Shown: positions 39,215-53,023, counted from the first letter of the stretch. The stretch is 64,000 nucleotides of DNA from Glaucostegus cemiculus (GCA_976551045.1 CDPCPM010000164.1:3286001-3350000); one strand, 5' to 3'. The notes: generated by a model not told the origin, from the letters alone. A program made the numbers and translations.

Positions 39215-39870
39215 TGAAATTGGTTTATTATTGGCACATGTACCGAGGTACAGTGAGAAACCTTGTTTTGCATGCCAGAATCAGAATCAGTTTTACTGTC
39301 ACAACCATATACATACATAGTATGCATAGGAGCGAGATACCGTCCTCCTCGGGTGCTCGTCCCATTAAATAACAAACAGCAGAGACACACAGACACACTG
39401 AACAAAAAAAAACATTAAAAAAAATCCATACAGACCATTTCATTACAGCAATGCATTGAGGCAGTACAAGGGTAAACAATAGCAGGGTGCAGAATATAGT
39501 GTTACAGTTGCAGAGAAAGTGTAGACAACAAGATGCAAGACTATGATGAGAGAGATTGTGACGTCAAGAGTCCATCATATTGTACTAGGGGACTGTTCGA
39601 TAGTCTTATGACAGTGGGATAGAAGCTGTCCTTGAGCCTGGTGGTACGTGCTTTCAGGCTTTTGTATCTTCTGCCCAATGGGAGGGGAAAGAGGAGAAAA
39701 TGTCTGGTGCAGGTGGGGTCTTCGATCATGTTGGCTGCTTTACCAAGGCAGCAAGAAGTGTAGACAGAGTTCATGGACGGGAGGCTGGTTTCTGTGATGT
39801 GCTGATCGGTGTCCACAACTCTCTGCAGTTTCTTGCAGTCTCAGGCAGAACAATTGCCATATCAAGTATA
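39215..39870 (-). mobile_element. Rex1/Babar 3' fragment
   Basis: PLGRRYKSLKARTTRLKDSFYPTVIRL and the family tail. Confidence 0.85.
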
Positions 39871-42699
39871 CCTTAAAAGGATGGGAAAGGACCTTTGGCT
39901 AATGGAGCGTGTGAAAAGGGGAAGGGTTGGGGGTGGTAAGGTTGCTAACATTCTTCCTAGCTCGCTGATCTTCTGTCAGATTGTTTCAGCCGAGTTTTCC
40001 TAATGGTAGTAATGAGGCCCTGACAATTGTGAGAAGGGTTGTGGCATCTCTGTGTTGAAGAAAACAGTTGTCTGATGAACGGACTCCCTTCAGCACATTA
40101 GGGTGGCACGATAGCGTAGCGGTTAGTGCGACACTGTTACAGCGCCAGCGATCGGGGTTCGATTCCCGTCGCTGTCTGTTTCCTCCCACATTCTAAAAGA
40201 CATACGGGTAGGTTAATTAGGGAGTTTAAAATGGTCGGCGTGGGCTCGGAGGGCCGAAAGGGCCTGTTACCACGCTGTAAATAAAATTTTTAAAAAATTA
40301 AAAAATTTAAGTGAGTGTGGAATTGCTTTGCAGGCATGGCTTTGGGAGTGCACCATTTTACTTCCAGTTTTTCAAATGATTTGTTTAGTCAGGATGGTGA
40401 TGTAGGAGCAGTTTAGTGCCATTATGACACAAAGTGAAGTCAACAGCACTGGACTGTTGCTTAGTAATATGTCAACAAAAATAAAAATACCATTACCGTG
40501 CAGCGTGTCCATTATCAGAGGACAGCCGGAATGTTTTAAGTCAATTAGTAATTGACAGATTTAGCTAAAAAGCTTCAGTGTATGAACATAAGAAATAGGA
40601 GTAGGCCCTCATGCCTGCTCTGCCGTTCTAAAGGATTGTGACTTGTCCTTTACCTCAGTACTGCTTTCCTGCCCATGTTCCTTGATCTCCTTTTAATATC
40701 CAAAAATCTTGAATATACTCAGGATTCACAGCCCATCTAGTTAGAGAATTCCAAGGATTCACCACCCTCAGGGTGAAGAGATCTCATCACAGTTCTGAAT
40801 GGGTGACCCTTTTATTCTGAAACCCTGACCTGTGGTCTCAGACAGCTGTTCTGTAGCATTTCTGCATATCAGTATAATCTCACACAGAGTTTAGATAAAA
40901 GAGAGAGGGAGAGAGATTCTTCTGTTTCCCCAGCTGACCACCTTCAAAGTGACCTTCACATGAATCATTAAACAGAGGCCCTGTCAGCCTTCTCAGGTAA
41001 AAGGTCATTTGAGAACAGCAGTGGAGATCTCCCCGGTAACGTGGCCAATATTTATCATTAAAACCACATCACTAAGCCAGCTTTCTGGTCGTTATCACAT
41101 TGCTCTTTAGAGTTTGCTATGTGCTCATTAGCTGTAGTATTTCCTACATTACAACTGTGACTGGATCAGAGGGTGGGAGGGAAAAGGGAGACAGCGGGCA
41201 GTACTGCTGCCTCATACCTCCAGTAACCCATGTTCGATCCTGACCCTAGATACTGTCTCTGCCCCAGGCATGTGCTGGTTGGTAGGTTAATTGGCCGCTG
41301 TAACTTATCCCTGGTGAAGGTATGTCATGGGACAATTAGAAGGCTAGTTGGTGGGCATGCGAGAGAGCATGGGTTACAAGGAAATAAGTGAAGGATTGGC
41401 ATAGATGATGGGCTGAATGGCCTCCTTATCTGTCTTCATATGAAAATATCTACTGAGTGTAAGGGTCCTGAGGCAGTGAAAGGTGGTGTTTAAATGTGAG
41501 TCTTTAATATCCTGGGTGCAGTGAATGGAAGGAAGCTAGGAATAAAGGGTTGAGTGATATGACAGACACCCAATTCCCCAGCTGATTTTTCCATTTATTT
41601 CAATTAATGGGAGCTCAGCACTTTCCCTGATCATGTGTTTCAGGCACCCACCACATTGTGTATATTTTTAAAAAAACCTTGCCTTGCAAATCTCCTTCAA
41701 ACTTTCCGCCTCTCACCTTAAACCTTTGCCCTCTAGTGTTGCGATTAAAAAACAAAAATAATCAGTCAATTAACTTCGAGCTAACGAGTCTGTGCTACAA
41801 CTGCAATGCAGTGTGTTTAAGAATGGCAGTGGAATGATTCCTTCTTGGGACCGCTTTGTCAAAACCATTTCCTTATTTTTTTAATATCAGTTGTCTTATT
41901 GCCTCCTTTGTCACTGCTGAGCCAATACAAACATATTAAAAATAATACCTTCATGACACCAGCCAACAGTCCTGGTTAAGTTGTGCCACAATTTTTAATA
42001 TTCTCACTCTCAAATCTCATTATGGTCTTGCCTCTCCCTATCTCTATAACCTCCTTCAGGCCTACGACCCTTTATTGATTATCATTCCTCTCCAAGATGT
42101 TGGCTGTGTCTTCAGCTGCCAAGGACAGAGGGTCATACAGCATGGAAACAGGCCCTTTGGCCCACCAAGTCCAAGCTGACCATCAAGCACCCATTTACAC
42201 TAACTAACATTAATCCCATTTTATTCTCCCCATTATCTCCCCCCCCAGATTCTACCACCTACACCTACCCCAGGGACAATTTACACTGGCCAATTATCCT
42301 AAGAAATGGAGCATTCAGAGGAAACCCTTAGTTACAGGTAGAACATAAAAACACTAGGTCTTATTCACCACCACTCTTTCTTCCTTTAAAACCAACTTCT
42401 TTGACCAAGCTTTTAGTCATCTGCTTTAGTATCTCTTTGCGTGGCCGAGGACAATTTTTCTTTGATTAATAATGTCTCTATTTGGAGCTCTGGGTCAATA
42501 TTGAACCATTAAACTTTATAAAATGGAAATTATTTTCAATAATTGTTAATTTGTATCTCTATCATTTCCTTTGTTGCATCTTTCAATGACTATAAATATG
42601 ACAGTTTAATTAACTTAGATGAAGATCTCGGGATAATTTGATGACCTTTGCCAACTTGTTTCATGTTCAGGAAATTAAGATGATCCAATGTTCTTTGCA

Positions 42700-43190
42700 A
42701 GCACAATAGAAAATGACCCTGGTGAGAGATTGAAAGGGGTTGGCGTTCAGAAGGACCTGGGTATCCTTATACTTGAATCACTGAAAGTTCATATGAAAGT
42801 ACAGAAAGCAATTTGCAAGGCAAATGGTTTGTTGGCCTTTATTGCTGGATGATTTCATACAAGAGTAATGATCTCATGCTCCAATTATAAAGACCCCTCT
42901 GAAGGTGATACTTCCTCTGGAGTAACATACGCAGGTCTGTTCTCACCACCTGAGGAAAGATGTAATTGAATGCAGTGAAGATTCACCAAATTGGTTCCTG
43001 TAGTGGTGGGTTTAGTGTATGAGCAGAGCTTAGACTAACTGCACCTATGAAGAGAGTGTAGACAAACTGCACCTATGAGGAGTTTAAAGGAATGGAAGTT
43101 GATCTCTTTGAAACATGCCAAATTTTGTGGGGCTTGACGTGATCAATCCTGGGTTTTCCAGAGCCAGGGATCACAGTCTCAAACTAAGGG
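42700..43190 (+). mobile_element. Old CR1 LINE fragment
   Basis: cagaaggacctgggtatcctt, gcaaatggtttgttggcctttatt, gattcaccaaattggttcctg (degenerate end of the RT domain). Confidence 0.65.
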
Positions 43191-44119
43191 CTTCTTCCCC
43201 ACCGCGATCAACCTCCTGAACCAATCATCTCTTTCACATCCCCTTGCTGTTACACTCTTGAACTCCTAATTCTACCTCTTGGTTATTCTGTTATTATCAC
43301 TTTAGCGTTTATTGTTGCAGTCGTTCAGGTTACACTACTATCTTTCCACCATTCTGTTGGTCCCCACTGACCAAGTGGCCCATTCCTCCTCCTATTTCTA
43401 ATGTTCTGAACCAAGACTGGAGCTGCCAATCATTCATTACCAGGGGTCTTGAGAAAGTAAATATCAGCTCCTTGGGTATCGTTAGATCTTCAGAAAAATC
43501 ATAGGTGCCTTTGGGAGTGAAGAAAGATTTTCAAAGTTAATTTTTATTATTTATAAAAATATTTTTTTTAACAAAAGGGGATGTTTAGCAGGGCAATTGG
43601 AGGTTATGCGATGAAAGCTCCGGGAAAACATTCAGCCAGAGGGCTTTGATCTTTTTTCTTGGAATCACTGATGCATTTTTCCAGGGGAAGGGAATTCCTG
43701 CTGCAGAACCATCTGTTAAGGTTCAATTAAGACCCCATGCATCTTTTTTGTACAGGAAGTGGAGATTTGGCTCACATCAAAACAAATCTGCACCACATGT
43801 TCTGAACTCTACAACATCGAGCTATCAAGAAGCAAGTGGCAGGATTCAAATTCTTGCCACACTTAAGTAAAGATATTTTCTTTATATATTGCATTCATTC
43901 TCATTATGTGGGTGTAACCATCCAAAGATGGGAAACGCCTCAAAGGCTCCCACTGGTAATGCACCAGTCCTTGCCCATGTGGTGAAGGACATAGCCACCA
44001 AACCATTGGCTGGGATTTTCAGGATGCATTTTGATGGGATAATATTCAACAGCTGCATTTGGAATATCACTTGTGCTCAATTGGTCTGAACTCCCCTACT
44101 ATTGGAATAGTTTTGTGTG

Positions 44120-45250
44120 TTTTATATTGGTGAGACCACATCTGTGCCAGGTACTGCTCCCCTCGTTTAAGGAAGGAAGTTACACGGTTTCCTCAGTAAT
44201 GAACAGGTTCCATTTTTACAGACGTCCATTAGTTGATTTTGTTCATAAGTCAGAAAATACACAAAAGTCACTCGAAATGGTAACCACCCCGCCACAGTAT
44301 TGTACTGAATGGCATCAAATGCACCTAAGATGATTTGAAAGACAAATTACCAAAAGTGGAGAAAAGGTGGAAACTAATTTTGCTGCTCCTAGGAGCGAAT
44401 GTATGTACATATGTCAGACTTTTGAATTTAATAATATTATGGGGGCTGGTTCTTATGTAGGGGTGTCCGTAAGTCAGGCATTCTTAACCCCAGGGATGGC
44501 TTGTAATGCATTAGAAGCAGTTGCGGGAAGGTTTACCTTGGTGAGTTGTCTTGGGAGGAAAGGCCTGACCAGACTAGACTTGTACTTGCTGGGGTTTGGA
44601 AAAGTGAGAGGGAATGTGATTGAAGTGTATAAGGCCCTGAGGGATCTTGACGCAGTGGATGTGGGGAGAATCTTTCCTCTGTGGGAGAATCAAGAATCAG
44701 GGTTCACGGTTTGAAAATAGTGGATCTCCCATCTGAGACAGGGATGAGGTAAGTTGTTGGGTTTATAGGTTTTGGGTTTTAGAATGCTCTTCCTCCAAGG
44801 ATGGTTGAAGTAGAGTCTGATTATTTGAGACAGACATAGATAAATAAGATATCTTTATTAGTCAAAACACACAGTGAAATGCATCTTTGTATAGTGTTCT
44901 GCGGGCAGCCCACAAGTGTCACCATGTTTCTGGCGCCAACACAGCATGCCCACAACTTCCTAACCCGTATATCTTTGGAATGTGGGAGGAAACCGGAGCA
45001 CCCGGAGGAAACCCACACAGTCACGGGGAGAACGTACAAACATCTTAGTGACAGCAGCCGGAATTAAACCCTGGTCACTGGCACTGTAATAGCGTTATGC
45101 TAACCACTGCACTACCATGCCTGCCCCCAGGAGGGTGAAAGGTTTCTGTGGGGAGATAGGAATGAAGAATTGAGGTTACAGTCAGAACTTATTAAATAGT
45201 GGAGTGGGCTTAAGGGGTAGATTGGCCTATTCTTGCTCCTAATATGTATT
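44120..45250 (+). mobile_element. Old CR1 fragment split by a Tigger-like MITE and a V-SINE
   Basis: ggtgagaccacatctg...; GKVRGNVIEVYKALRDLDAVDVGRIFPL; continues after 45130. Confidence 0.65.
44180..44504. mobile_element. Tigger/Tc1-mariner-like non-autonomous DNA element; related copies at 5528-6300 (split) and about 58640-58929 (opposite orientation)
   Basis: Shared internal motifs (gacttttgaatttaataatattatggg, ggtaaccaccccgccacagtattgtactgaatggcatcaaa); TA-flanked degenerate termini (...gggatggcttgTA). Confidence 0.6.
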
Positions 45251-48200
45251 TTCATATTCCAGTAGTTTGATCAAGTCACCTTTGTACTACCCATTGATTA
45301 GTCAGTGATGTGGCAGAGCTAAGAATCCAGGTGGGAGTGCTTTCATGGCACAGACTAAAGCAATTCAGAATGTAGCCCCTCCAGCAATTTTCCCAGAGGT
45401 GGGCAATGATTGGCAGCCGTACCAACAACCTTCATTCCACCAGAAGGAGAGAGGACCAGATGATGGAATCCAAGTTCTCCCATTCTCTCTGCAGAACTAC
45501 TCAAAGACAGGATGCCACCTTGTCCATTTGGAGGATTAAGTCCATTGTACGTGTGAAGCCGATTTCCAGGAATGTTGTGCAACATGGAGCCTCTTTTCCC
45601 ACCTGGGAATTCTATATGTGATGCTAGTCTAATTGAGGTAATTGAACAACACCACAGGCAAAGAGAACAACCTGTTGTCTTCAAGTCAGCCCTTTGGACT
45701 GAAGCCTTGAGACGCCAGAAGGATCTGATCTGTGTTTCTTGGCTGTGGGTCAGGAGGTGTGTCCTTCCAGAGTAAATCTGTTTTGTGACAGTCATGGCAA
45801 TAAACTCAACACATCGGCAATCCCCACGCTCCTTGACCCTGGTGAGCAATGACATTCTCCCAGTGGAATTAATTGGTCATGATGTCATTACCACAAGCCC
45901 ATCGAGCTGTAGGCTTTAATTCATTACTCAGTTCCACCATTTCCTATTGCTATGGTATTTTGTGTGTGAGAGTGTCGGGGTGAGAGGGAGGACCATGGGA
46001 CAACATAAGAAATAGAAGGAGAGGTGCTCATTCAGCTTGCTTTGCTATTCAGTAAGATTGTGGCTGATCTTTTACCTCAGTGTCACTTTCCTGCACTAAC
46101 CTCATACCCCTTAATATCTAAAAATCTATCAGTCTTTGTCCTGAATATATTGACTGTTCACAGTCCTCTTGGGTAGAGAATTCCAAAGATTCACTGGCCT
46201 TTGGGTGAGGAAATTTCTTCTCATCTCTGTACTGACTGATTCTTTTTGTTGAAACTGTGACCCCATTAGGTCTAGCCACCTCAGCTGTAGTGAACAACCT
46301 CCCTGCATCCACCCTGTCAAGCAAACAGATTTAATATCTTAACAAATCATTTAGAAAACATGGAAAGTAGTGGTTAGCATAACGCTTTACAGCGCCAGTG
46401 ACCCAGGTTCATTTCCGGCTGCTGTTTTTAAGGAGTTTGTACGTTCTCCCCAGTTTCCTCCGGGTGCTCCGGTTTCCTCCCACATTCCAAAGACGTACGG
46501 GTTAGGAAGTTGTGAGCATGCTATGTTGGCGCCATAAGTGTGGTGACACTTGCAGGCTAACCCCCCCCCCAGAACACTCTATGCAGAAGAAGCATTTCAC
46601 TGTGTTTTGATGTACATGTGACTAATAAAAATACCTTGAAAAAAGATAAATTAGGCAGCCATTAAACCAGCTTTGGCCATTTCGTCATGAAGTCCCAGCC
46701 ATGACCTATTTATGATAAAGCTGGTCAGCATTACGTAATAGGCAGCACAATTTGATTGCATCACTTGTATGTGATGTCACCAAATGTCACCCTGAAGCCA
46801 ATGTATTTCCTGGTTCACTGCCTGTCTTCTACTAGTAAAGTATTTTTCTTTTAAAAAGAATGCATTTTATAAGGTCATTTTCAGGTTGGCAAGCTCAGGG
46901 ATGTCAGCAGTCAGGAGCAGAACCTGTTTTGAACTTGCGTACTCCAGGTTAGGTGTCGTGGTCAGGACTTCTTACTCTGGTCTGCCTCAGATCAGAATGT
47001 ACCAATATGGGTGTACCGCAACTAGCCTTACTTCATTGGTAACATCAGTTTCTTGATTTGCCCTTCCTGGACGATTGTCAAGAAACAGGGGGTCATGTTT
47101 GAGAAAGGTCTTCCAACTCATTCCCATCTGTGTCTGATGGACATGTCCTCCAACGAAGGGCCATGGAGCTGCAGTCTTAAAACTTCGGTTGAATCTTTTC
47201 CTCCTCCCTCTTGACTTCGAGACATGTCAAAATTATGGTATCGCTTTGCTCTGCTGGGAACTCTGGGGTTTAATTGGGGAACTTGACTATTTTTATTTTC
47301 CAAAGGAGTTTGTTGTCAGGAGATAGATGCTGCTACTGAGGCAAATCCCCCATTGCCTTGACAGGACTGGTTGCATCGACTGATCGTAGATGGTGCAATA
47401 GCAGCTTCTTAATTCCACAGGTTGTGTTGGAACCTGGGCTGACGTTGCTGAAGCCCAGCCTCTGGATGGCATAGTCACACAGCTGGTCGAGCCACTGCTT
47501 CACAGTGCTAGAGACCCGGGTTTAATCCTGACCTTGGCTACTGTCTATTTGAAGTTTGCATGTTCTTCCTCTGACTGCTTCAGTTTCTCCCACATCCAAT
47601 AGACGTGTGGGCTGGTAACTTAGTTAGCCACTGCAACTTGCCCTTAGTGTATAGTTGAGTGATCGAACCTGGGGGGGGTGGGGGGAGGAAGAGATAATGA
47701 GAATGTGGGGGGAGAAAATAATGGGATTAATGTGGGATTGGTGTAAATGGGTGGTTGGTGGCTAGCATGGATGGTGGGCCGAAGGGCCTGTTTCTGCGCT
47801 GTATCTCTCCATAACCTTGAGTCTATGCCTCCATGCAGAGTTAGCCTGATGATTTTGAGATGAATTCTGGTTCATAGTGAACGGTGCAACATGCACCCTC
47901 CAGATGTCAATCATTTGTTTGTCCATTGGGGCTCAGGTGAGTAACTTTCTTGTCACATGGTCAGATCATGGAATTAGTTCTCACTCCAGAAGGGACTTGG
48001 GGCCAGGAACCAGGCTAAGCAACCAGTGCAGTGCTAAGAGAGTACAGCATTGTCTAAAGTGTTGTCATTGGGATCAGAAGTTAGAGAGCCACCACCTTCT
48101 TGGGTGAATGTTATAGGTACCTTAGCAGCACTTTGAAGACCATGGGTGCTATCCCTCAGTTTCCTGGTCAATACTTTATACCCTCCTCCAATATTCCTGG

Positions 48201-48428
48201 GCTGCAGATCATCAGGCTGTTTCCACATTGCTGTTTGTGGGATCTTGCTGTGCACCTCTGGCTTACTTGTTTCACATGCACACCATTAGTTTTGGGATGT
48301 CTGCTCATAATATAAGTGCAAGGCCTTTTTAAGTTTTGAAAAGCCCAAAGTGTATATGTCTTTACAGATTTTGTGTTTCACTACATTTTTTTTCCTCTCT
48401 CTCTCTCTCTGTTTTATCTGGTTGCCAG

Positions 48429-48467
48429 GGACCCCAGATACAGTGGACATTGTGACAGTTCATCACC
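48429..48467 (+). other. LZTS2: 5' UTR portion of LZTS2 coding exon 1
   Basis: Long (CT)n/T polypyrimidine tract at 48385-48420, followed by AG at 48427-48428 and a second AG at 48436-48437. Confidence 0.7.
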
Positions 48468-48926
48468 ATGGCAATGGTTCAGGCGATGCCCATAGCTTCT
48501 GAGCATCAGAGTCCGGAGAGTGGGGCGAGTCTGCAAACTTCTGCACCGTCGCCAGTCTTGCCGAGCACCATGGGTAGTGTTGGCAGCCTTGTCTCAGGAC
48601 GTAACTACCATGACAAGCACTGCAAAGCCACAGAGTACGGCAGCAAGTGTCGCAAAACCAGCCAGATACAGAACATTTTCAGGCAACAGGATGGGCACCT
48701 AAAAAATGGCTACTCTCAGGACTGCATTGGTGGAATGGCGACCAAGAAGCAGAATGGGAACTATGCACACCTAAAAGACGACCGGCGCAATGGAGGCTGG
48801 AATATGATAGAGTCGCCTGCCAGTCCTTGCAGTGATCCCGAGGACGTGCGGGAGGGAAAGTCGGTCAATGGAAACATCCGGGGTCCTCCTCCAAAGATAA
48901 TTCCGGTGTCGGGCAAGCTTGAGAAG
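48468..48926 (+). CDS. LZTS2: LZTS2 (leucine zipper tumor suppressor 2) coding exon 1, aa 1-153
   Basis: Kozak caccATGG at 48468. The peptide MAMVQAMP...MGSVGSLVSGR...FRQQDG...SPCSDPED...RGPPPKIIPVSGKLEK matches the LZTS2 N-terminus. Pyrimidine tract and acceptor ttgccAG at 48427-48428; donor AAG|gtaaga at 48927; 459 nt, phase 0. Confidence 0.93.
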
Positions 48927-49714
48927 GTAAGATCACACTGAGGACTTTCCCTGGGGATGTGGCAGTGAGCTGTGTTACATATTCAAAGCTACGGGCCTTC
49001 ACACATGCTTTTGGTTTATTATTGTCACATGTACCAAGATACAGTGTAAATCTTTGTTTTGCATGTCATCCAGACAGATCACTCCAAACATAGAACATAC
49101 AACAGCACAGCACAGGAAAAGGCTCTTCAACCAACGATCTTGTGCCGGACTAATTAAACTAATGACATCTTTTGTCTGCATGTGATTCATGTCCCTCCAT
49201 TCTTTGCATAGGATGGCTAGGATGTTGTGCCCAGCTGTTGAAGGTGGGGTTAGGAGTCTGTTCGGAGGGGACGGATGAAATCGGAGACCCACAGAGGAAC
49301 TGCAGCAAAACTTAACTCAGCATCGGCCAGGTTCCACATGCCCAGCTCTGTGGACTGGATACCCCCTTTAAGTATCAGCAAAGTGAACCCTTGCATTTGT
49401 AGCATGGGTGGGCCACACACGCTGCAGATGAAACGTTGTCCAGGTGTTGGATGTCTGCTTACCTCCTTGTCTTCCCAAGTCATGCACTTGCAAAGCCCAG
49501 AAGCAATGTCACGGATATTGCAATTGATGCAATAAGAACCCGGCTGTGCTCAGGTCTATGCCAGCTCACAGGGCAATCCCATCAATCCCATTCTCCTACA
49601 TATTTCCTAGTAACCTATTCTCTCACATATGCTCATTAACTGATTTTCCCATCCACCTGGTATAGGTGTGATTTATAGTTAAGAATTAATCTTACAACCA
49701 ACATGCGGTTATAA

Positions 49715-50220
49715 AAGATGAAAAACACAGTGATGCTGGAGGAACTCAGCAGGCCAGGCAGCATCCATGGAGAAAAGCAGGCAGTCAACGTTTTGAGTCA
49801 GGACCCTTCTTCAGGACTGAAGATGGTAAAAGGGGAAGCCCAATATATAGGAGGGAAAAGCAGAGCAGTGATAGGTGGACAAATGAGGGGAGGTGGGGTG
49901 GATACAAGGTGGTGATAGGTAGATGCAGGTAAGAGACAGTGATAGGCAGGTGAAAGAAGAAAAGAAGAAGCATGGTGTGGGGGGGAAAGGGTGTGGGGAT
50001 TACTTAAAGTGGGAGAATTCAATGTTCATGCCATTATACTGCAAGGCTCCAAGACGGAAACTGAGGTGCTGTTCCTCCAGTTTGCGCTTGGAATTCTGGC
50101 AGTGGCGGAGGCCGAGGACTGACGTATCTGTGATAGTGGGGGAGTTGACGTGACTGGTAACAGGCAGCTGCAGATCGCGGTTATGGACAGAGCGCAGGTG
50201 TTCTGCGAAACAGTCACCTC
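49715..50220 (-). mobile_element. Penelope-like element 3' fragment: GIY-YIG endonuclease C-terminus plus 3' UTR/pLTR with degenerate hammerhead
   Basis: Minus strand 50218-50000 reads GDCFAEHLRSVHNRDLQLPVTSHVNSPTITDTSVLGLRHCQNSKRKLEEQHLSFRLGALQYNGMNIEFSHFK*, typical of the end of a PLE GIY-YIG domain. It is followed by a pyrimidine-rich UTR and CAGTC-CTGAAGA-AGGGTCCTGACTC-AAAAC-GTT-GACTG at 49819-49782. Confidence 0.85.
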
Positions 50221-51189
50221 CCCGGCACCTGCCTATAATTCTTCTAAACTCTGGTTATGCCAGTCACACTTCATAGTATAAACTCTGCATCCCGGGAACC
50301 AATGGAGAGAGAGAGTACATTACATTGATTTCAAAGCCTTCATTCGATACAGACACCAAAACCGCACACAGTTCTAACAGCATGGTATACAATTCATGCA
50401 AGATTAAAATACAAAAAAGGTCCAATATATTTTGTAATATTTATACAGTAGAATTACAATAGACAAATAAAATTAGTCGTCTTAGTGCTAGAATAAGAAA
50501 AAAGTGAGATTTGTGTGGGTGGGTGAGTGCTTAATATTTGGTACGGTCAGTGGGCCAAAAAGGTCCTGTTGCCGTGCTGTATGACCATCAGATTTTCCAA
50601 GTGTAATATGGTTCAGTCACAAACTCGGCACAGGACAGTGGCAGTTCAGCTCTGACAGCTCCAGTTCTCCAGGTTTCATTCTGATGTCCAGTACTGTATG
50701 TGTGGAGTTCGCATGTTCTTGCAGTGACCACATGGGCTTCCTCCCATATCCCAATACTCCAAGTGCGATGTAACCAGTACAGATGCAGTGTAACATCCCA
50801 ACTTTTATAACCACATGAGAAACAAAGGACTGCAGATGCTGGATTCCAGAGGGAAAACACTATGATGCATTTAGAAGGATTGGCAAATTGGGTGCCAATA
50901 AAGTAGCTTCCTACTGCTGGGGAGGCCAGAATTAAGGGGCATGGTGTCAGCATAAGTGGTCAACCATTTAGAACAGAGGTGAAGAGAAATCTCCTTGCAT
51001 AGTGGGTTGGAATTCCCTCCCTCGGAGGAGAAAATGAGATGGATTAAAACTTTGGACGATATGAATCAGAGGATATGGGATCTGGTGAAGAAGTGGACTG
51101 GGGCCACAGGATCAGATAATAACATTGAATTGCAGAGCAGGGTTGAGAGCTTCTCACACTTTTGCACTCTTGTACGTCAGTCCATTACA

Positions 51190-51860
51190 ATGAAGCCAAG
51201 AAAGGTAGGTAGGGTTGCTAAGAAGGCAAATGCACGCTTGCCTTCAAAGATTAAGGAATAGGATATAAAAGCTGGGATGTTGCCTTCATAGATTAAGGAA
51301 TAGGATATAAAAGTTGGGATGTTACCTTGCACTTGGAGTGTTGTGTGCAATTCCAGTCGCCACGCTATCGGAAGGGTATGGTTGAACTGGAGAGAATGCA
51401 GTGGAGATTCACCAGGATATTGCCTGGATTGGAAGACTTTGGTTATGAGGAGTGATTAGATAGGCTTGGTTTGTTTTCCCTGTAGCAAAGGACTCTGGAG
51501 GGTGACCTGATAAAGTATATAAAATATTAAGCAACGTAGATAGGACACATAGTCAGAATCTTTTTCCTGTAATAGGGGTATCGAAAGCAAGAGGGCATAG
51601 GTTTAAGGTGAGAGGAGGAGCCTTACAAGGGATTTGAGGGGATAGTATTTTTACATAGAGAGTGGTTGACATTCGGAACTCACTGCCAGAGGAAGTGGTG
51701 GAGTCAGGTACAATCACTAGTTTTAAGAGACATTCAGACAGGCACCTAAGGAGGATATGGACCTAATGTGGGCAAGTGAGATTAGTGCGAATGGGCAAAA
51801 AGGTTGTCATGGATGTGGTTGGCTGGAGGGCCCATTTGTGTACTGTACAACTCTATATGG
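51190..51860 (+). mobile_element. Degenerate CR1 LINE 3' fragment with internal 42-bp tandem duplication (about 51249-51330)
   Basis: cacttggagtgttgtgtgcaattc...gattcaccaggatattgcctgga...gagggcataggtttaaggtgagagg. Confidence 0.8.
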
Positions 51861-53023
51861 CTGTAAATCAACCTTCAGAACCTTCTCTGCACTGGCTGCA
51901 ATGCAAGTAACTCGTATACTCTGCTCCCTGTATTTAAGAAACATAATACTCCAGGTGTGGTCTCAATAGCATCCTGTAAAGTTGCATCATAACACTTTTA
52001 TACTCAATGCCCTTTGCAATAGAGGCCGACATCCTATTAACCTTCCTAATTATTACTTTACTGCATGCCTAACTTCTTGTGTTTCATGTACTGGGAAACC
52101 CAAATCTCTTTGTAGTCCAACATATCACTCCATTTAAATAATAATTTTTATTCTTCCTTTCAAAATGAGTAGCTTCACATCTTCCCACATTATCCTCCAT
52201 GAATCAACTTGCCCCATTCACTGAATCTATCTGTATCCTCTTAAAGGCTCTTTCTGTCTTCCCCAGAACTTGCTGGCCCACCTATCTGCATCACCAGCAA
52301 ATTGTCCTCCCAGTTTTTACCTCAGTGGGTTTCCCCAGTGTGACTTCAAGGTTGGAATCTAATTTGGAGGACAGACTGTAACGTTGCCAGGTTGCTTGGG
52401 AGCACTGTAGATACTTCAGCAACCTTACCATCACACTCCCATTCAAGTGCCCCACCAAGCCCACTGCTTCAACACAGGTTGCAGTGGTGATTGAGCCCAC
52501 AGTTGTTTGATTCACAGGTAAACATCTGCTACCTCGGCCAAACTGGCACTGAGGATCAGTGGGAGTTTGAATGAAATTCCCTTTCCACTTTATTCTAAAT
52601 GGGCTAACACCTTCATTAAACTAGCAGCTGAGGGAATATCTTGTAAGTTTTTACATGATAACATTCACTCCAAGATGTTACAAGACCCATGAGTGTTTTG
52701 GTAACATGGCCAAGTGCCAGCAGTGTTTGGAAGAGAATTGTAAAGACAGCTCCAGCAAGAGTGCTATTTCCAATGCAACCAAGGATCCTGAAGGCCATAC
52801 TGATCTTCCTTTCTTTGAAAAAAAACCAATCCTGGCTTTGAATTATATTTCCTTCAAAATGCACTATGTATGGAACCTTAGGAGTGTGTAAATAACTGTA
52901 ATTTAATCCAGTACAGATGACATCCTGAACCACAAAAATGAAGCCCTTGGAATGGTTTACAGACGATAACAAAAGCCTGCCATTGAATCTACATCTCCCA
53001 CTGTGGCTCTGCTTCTCACTTTG

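Noticed and set aside
43020-43082. Short tandem duplications (also 7388-7450 and 51249-51330)
   Set aside because: Ordinary slippage duplications inside decayed TEs, with no sign of function.
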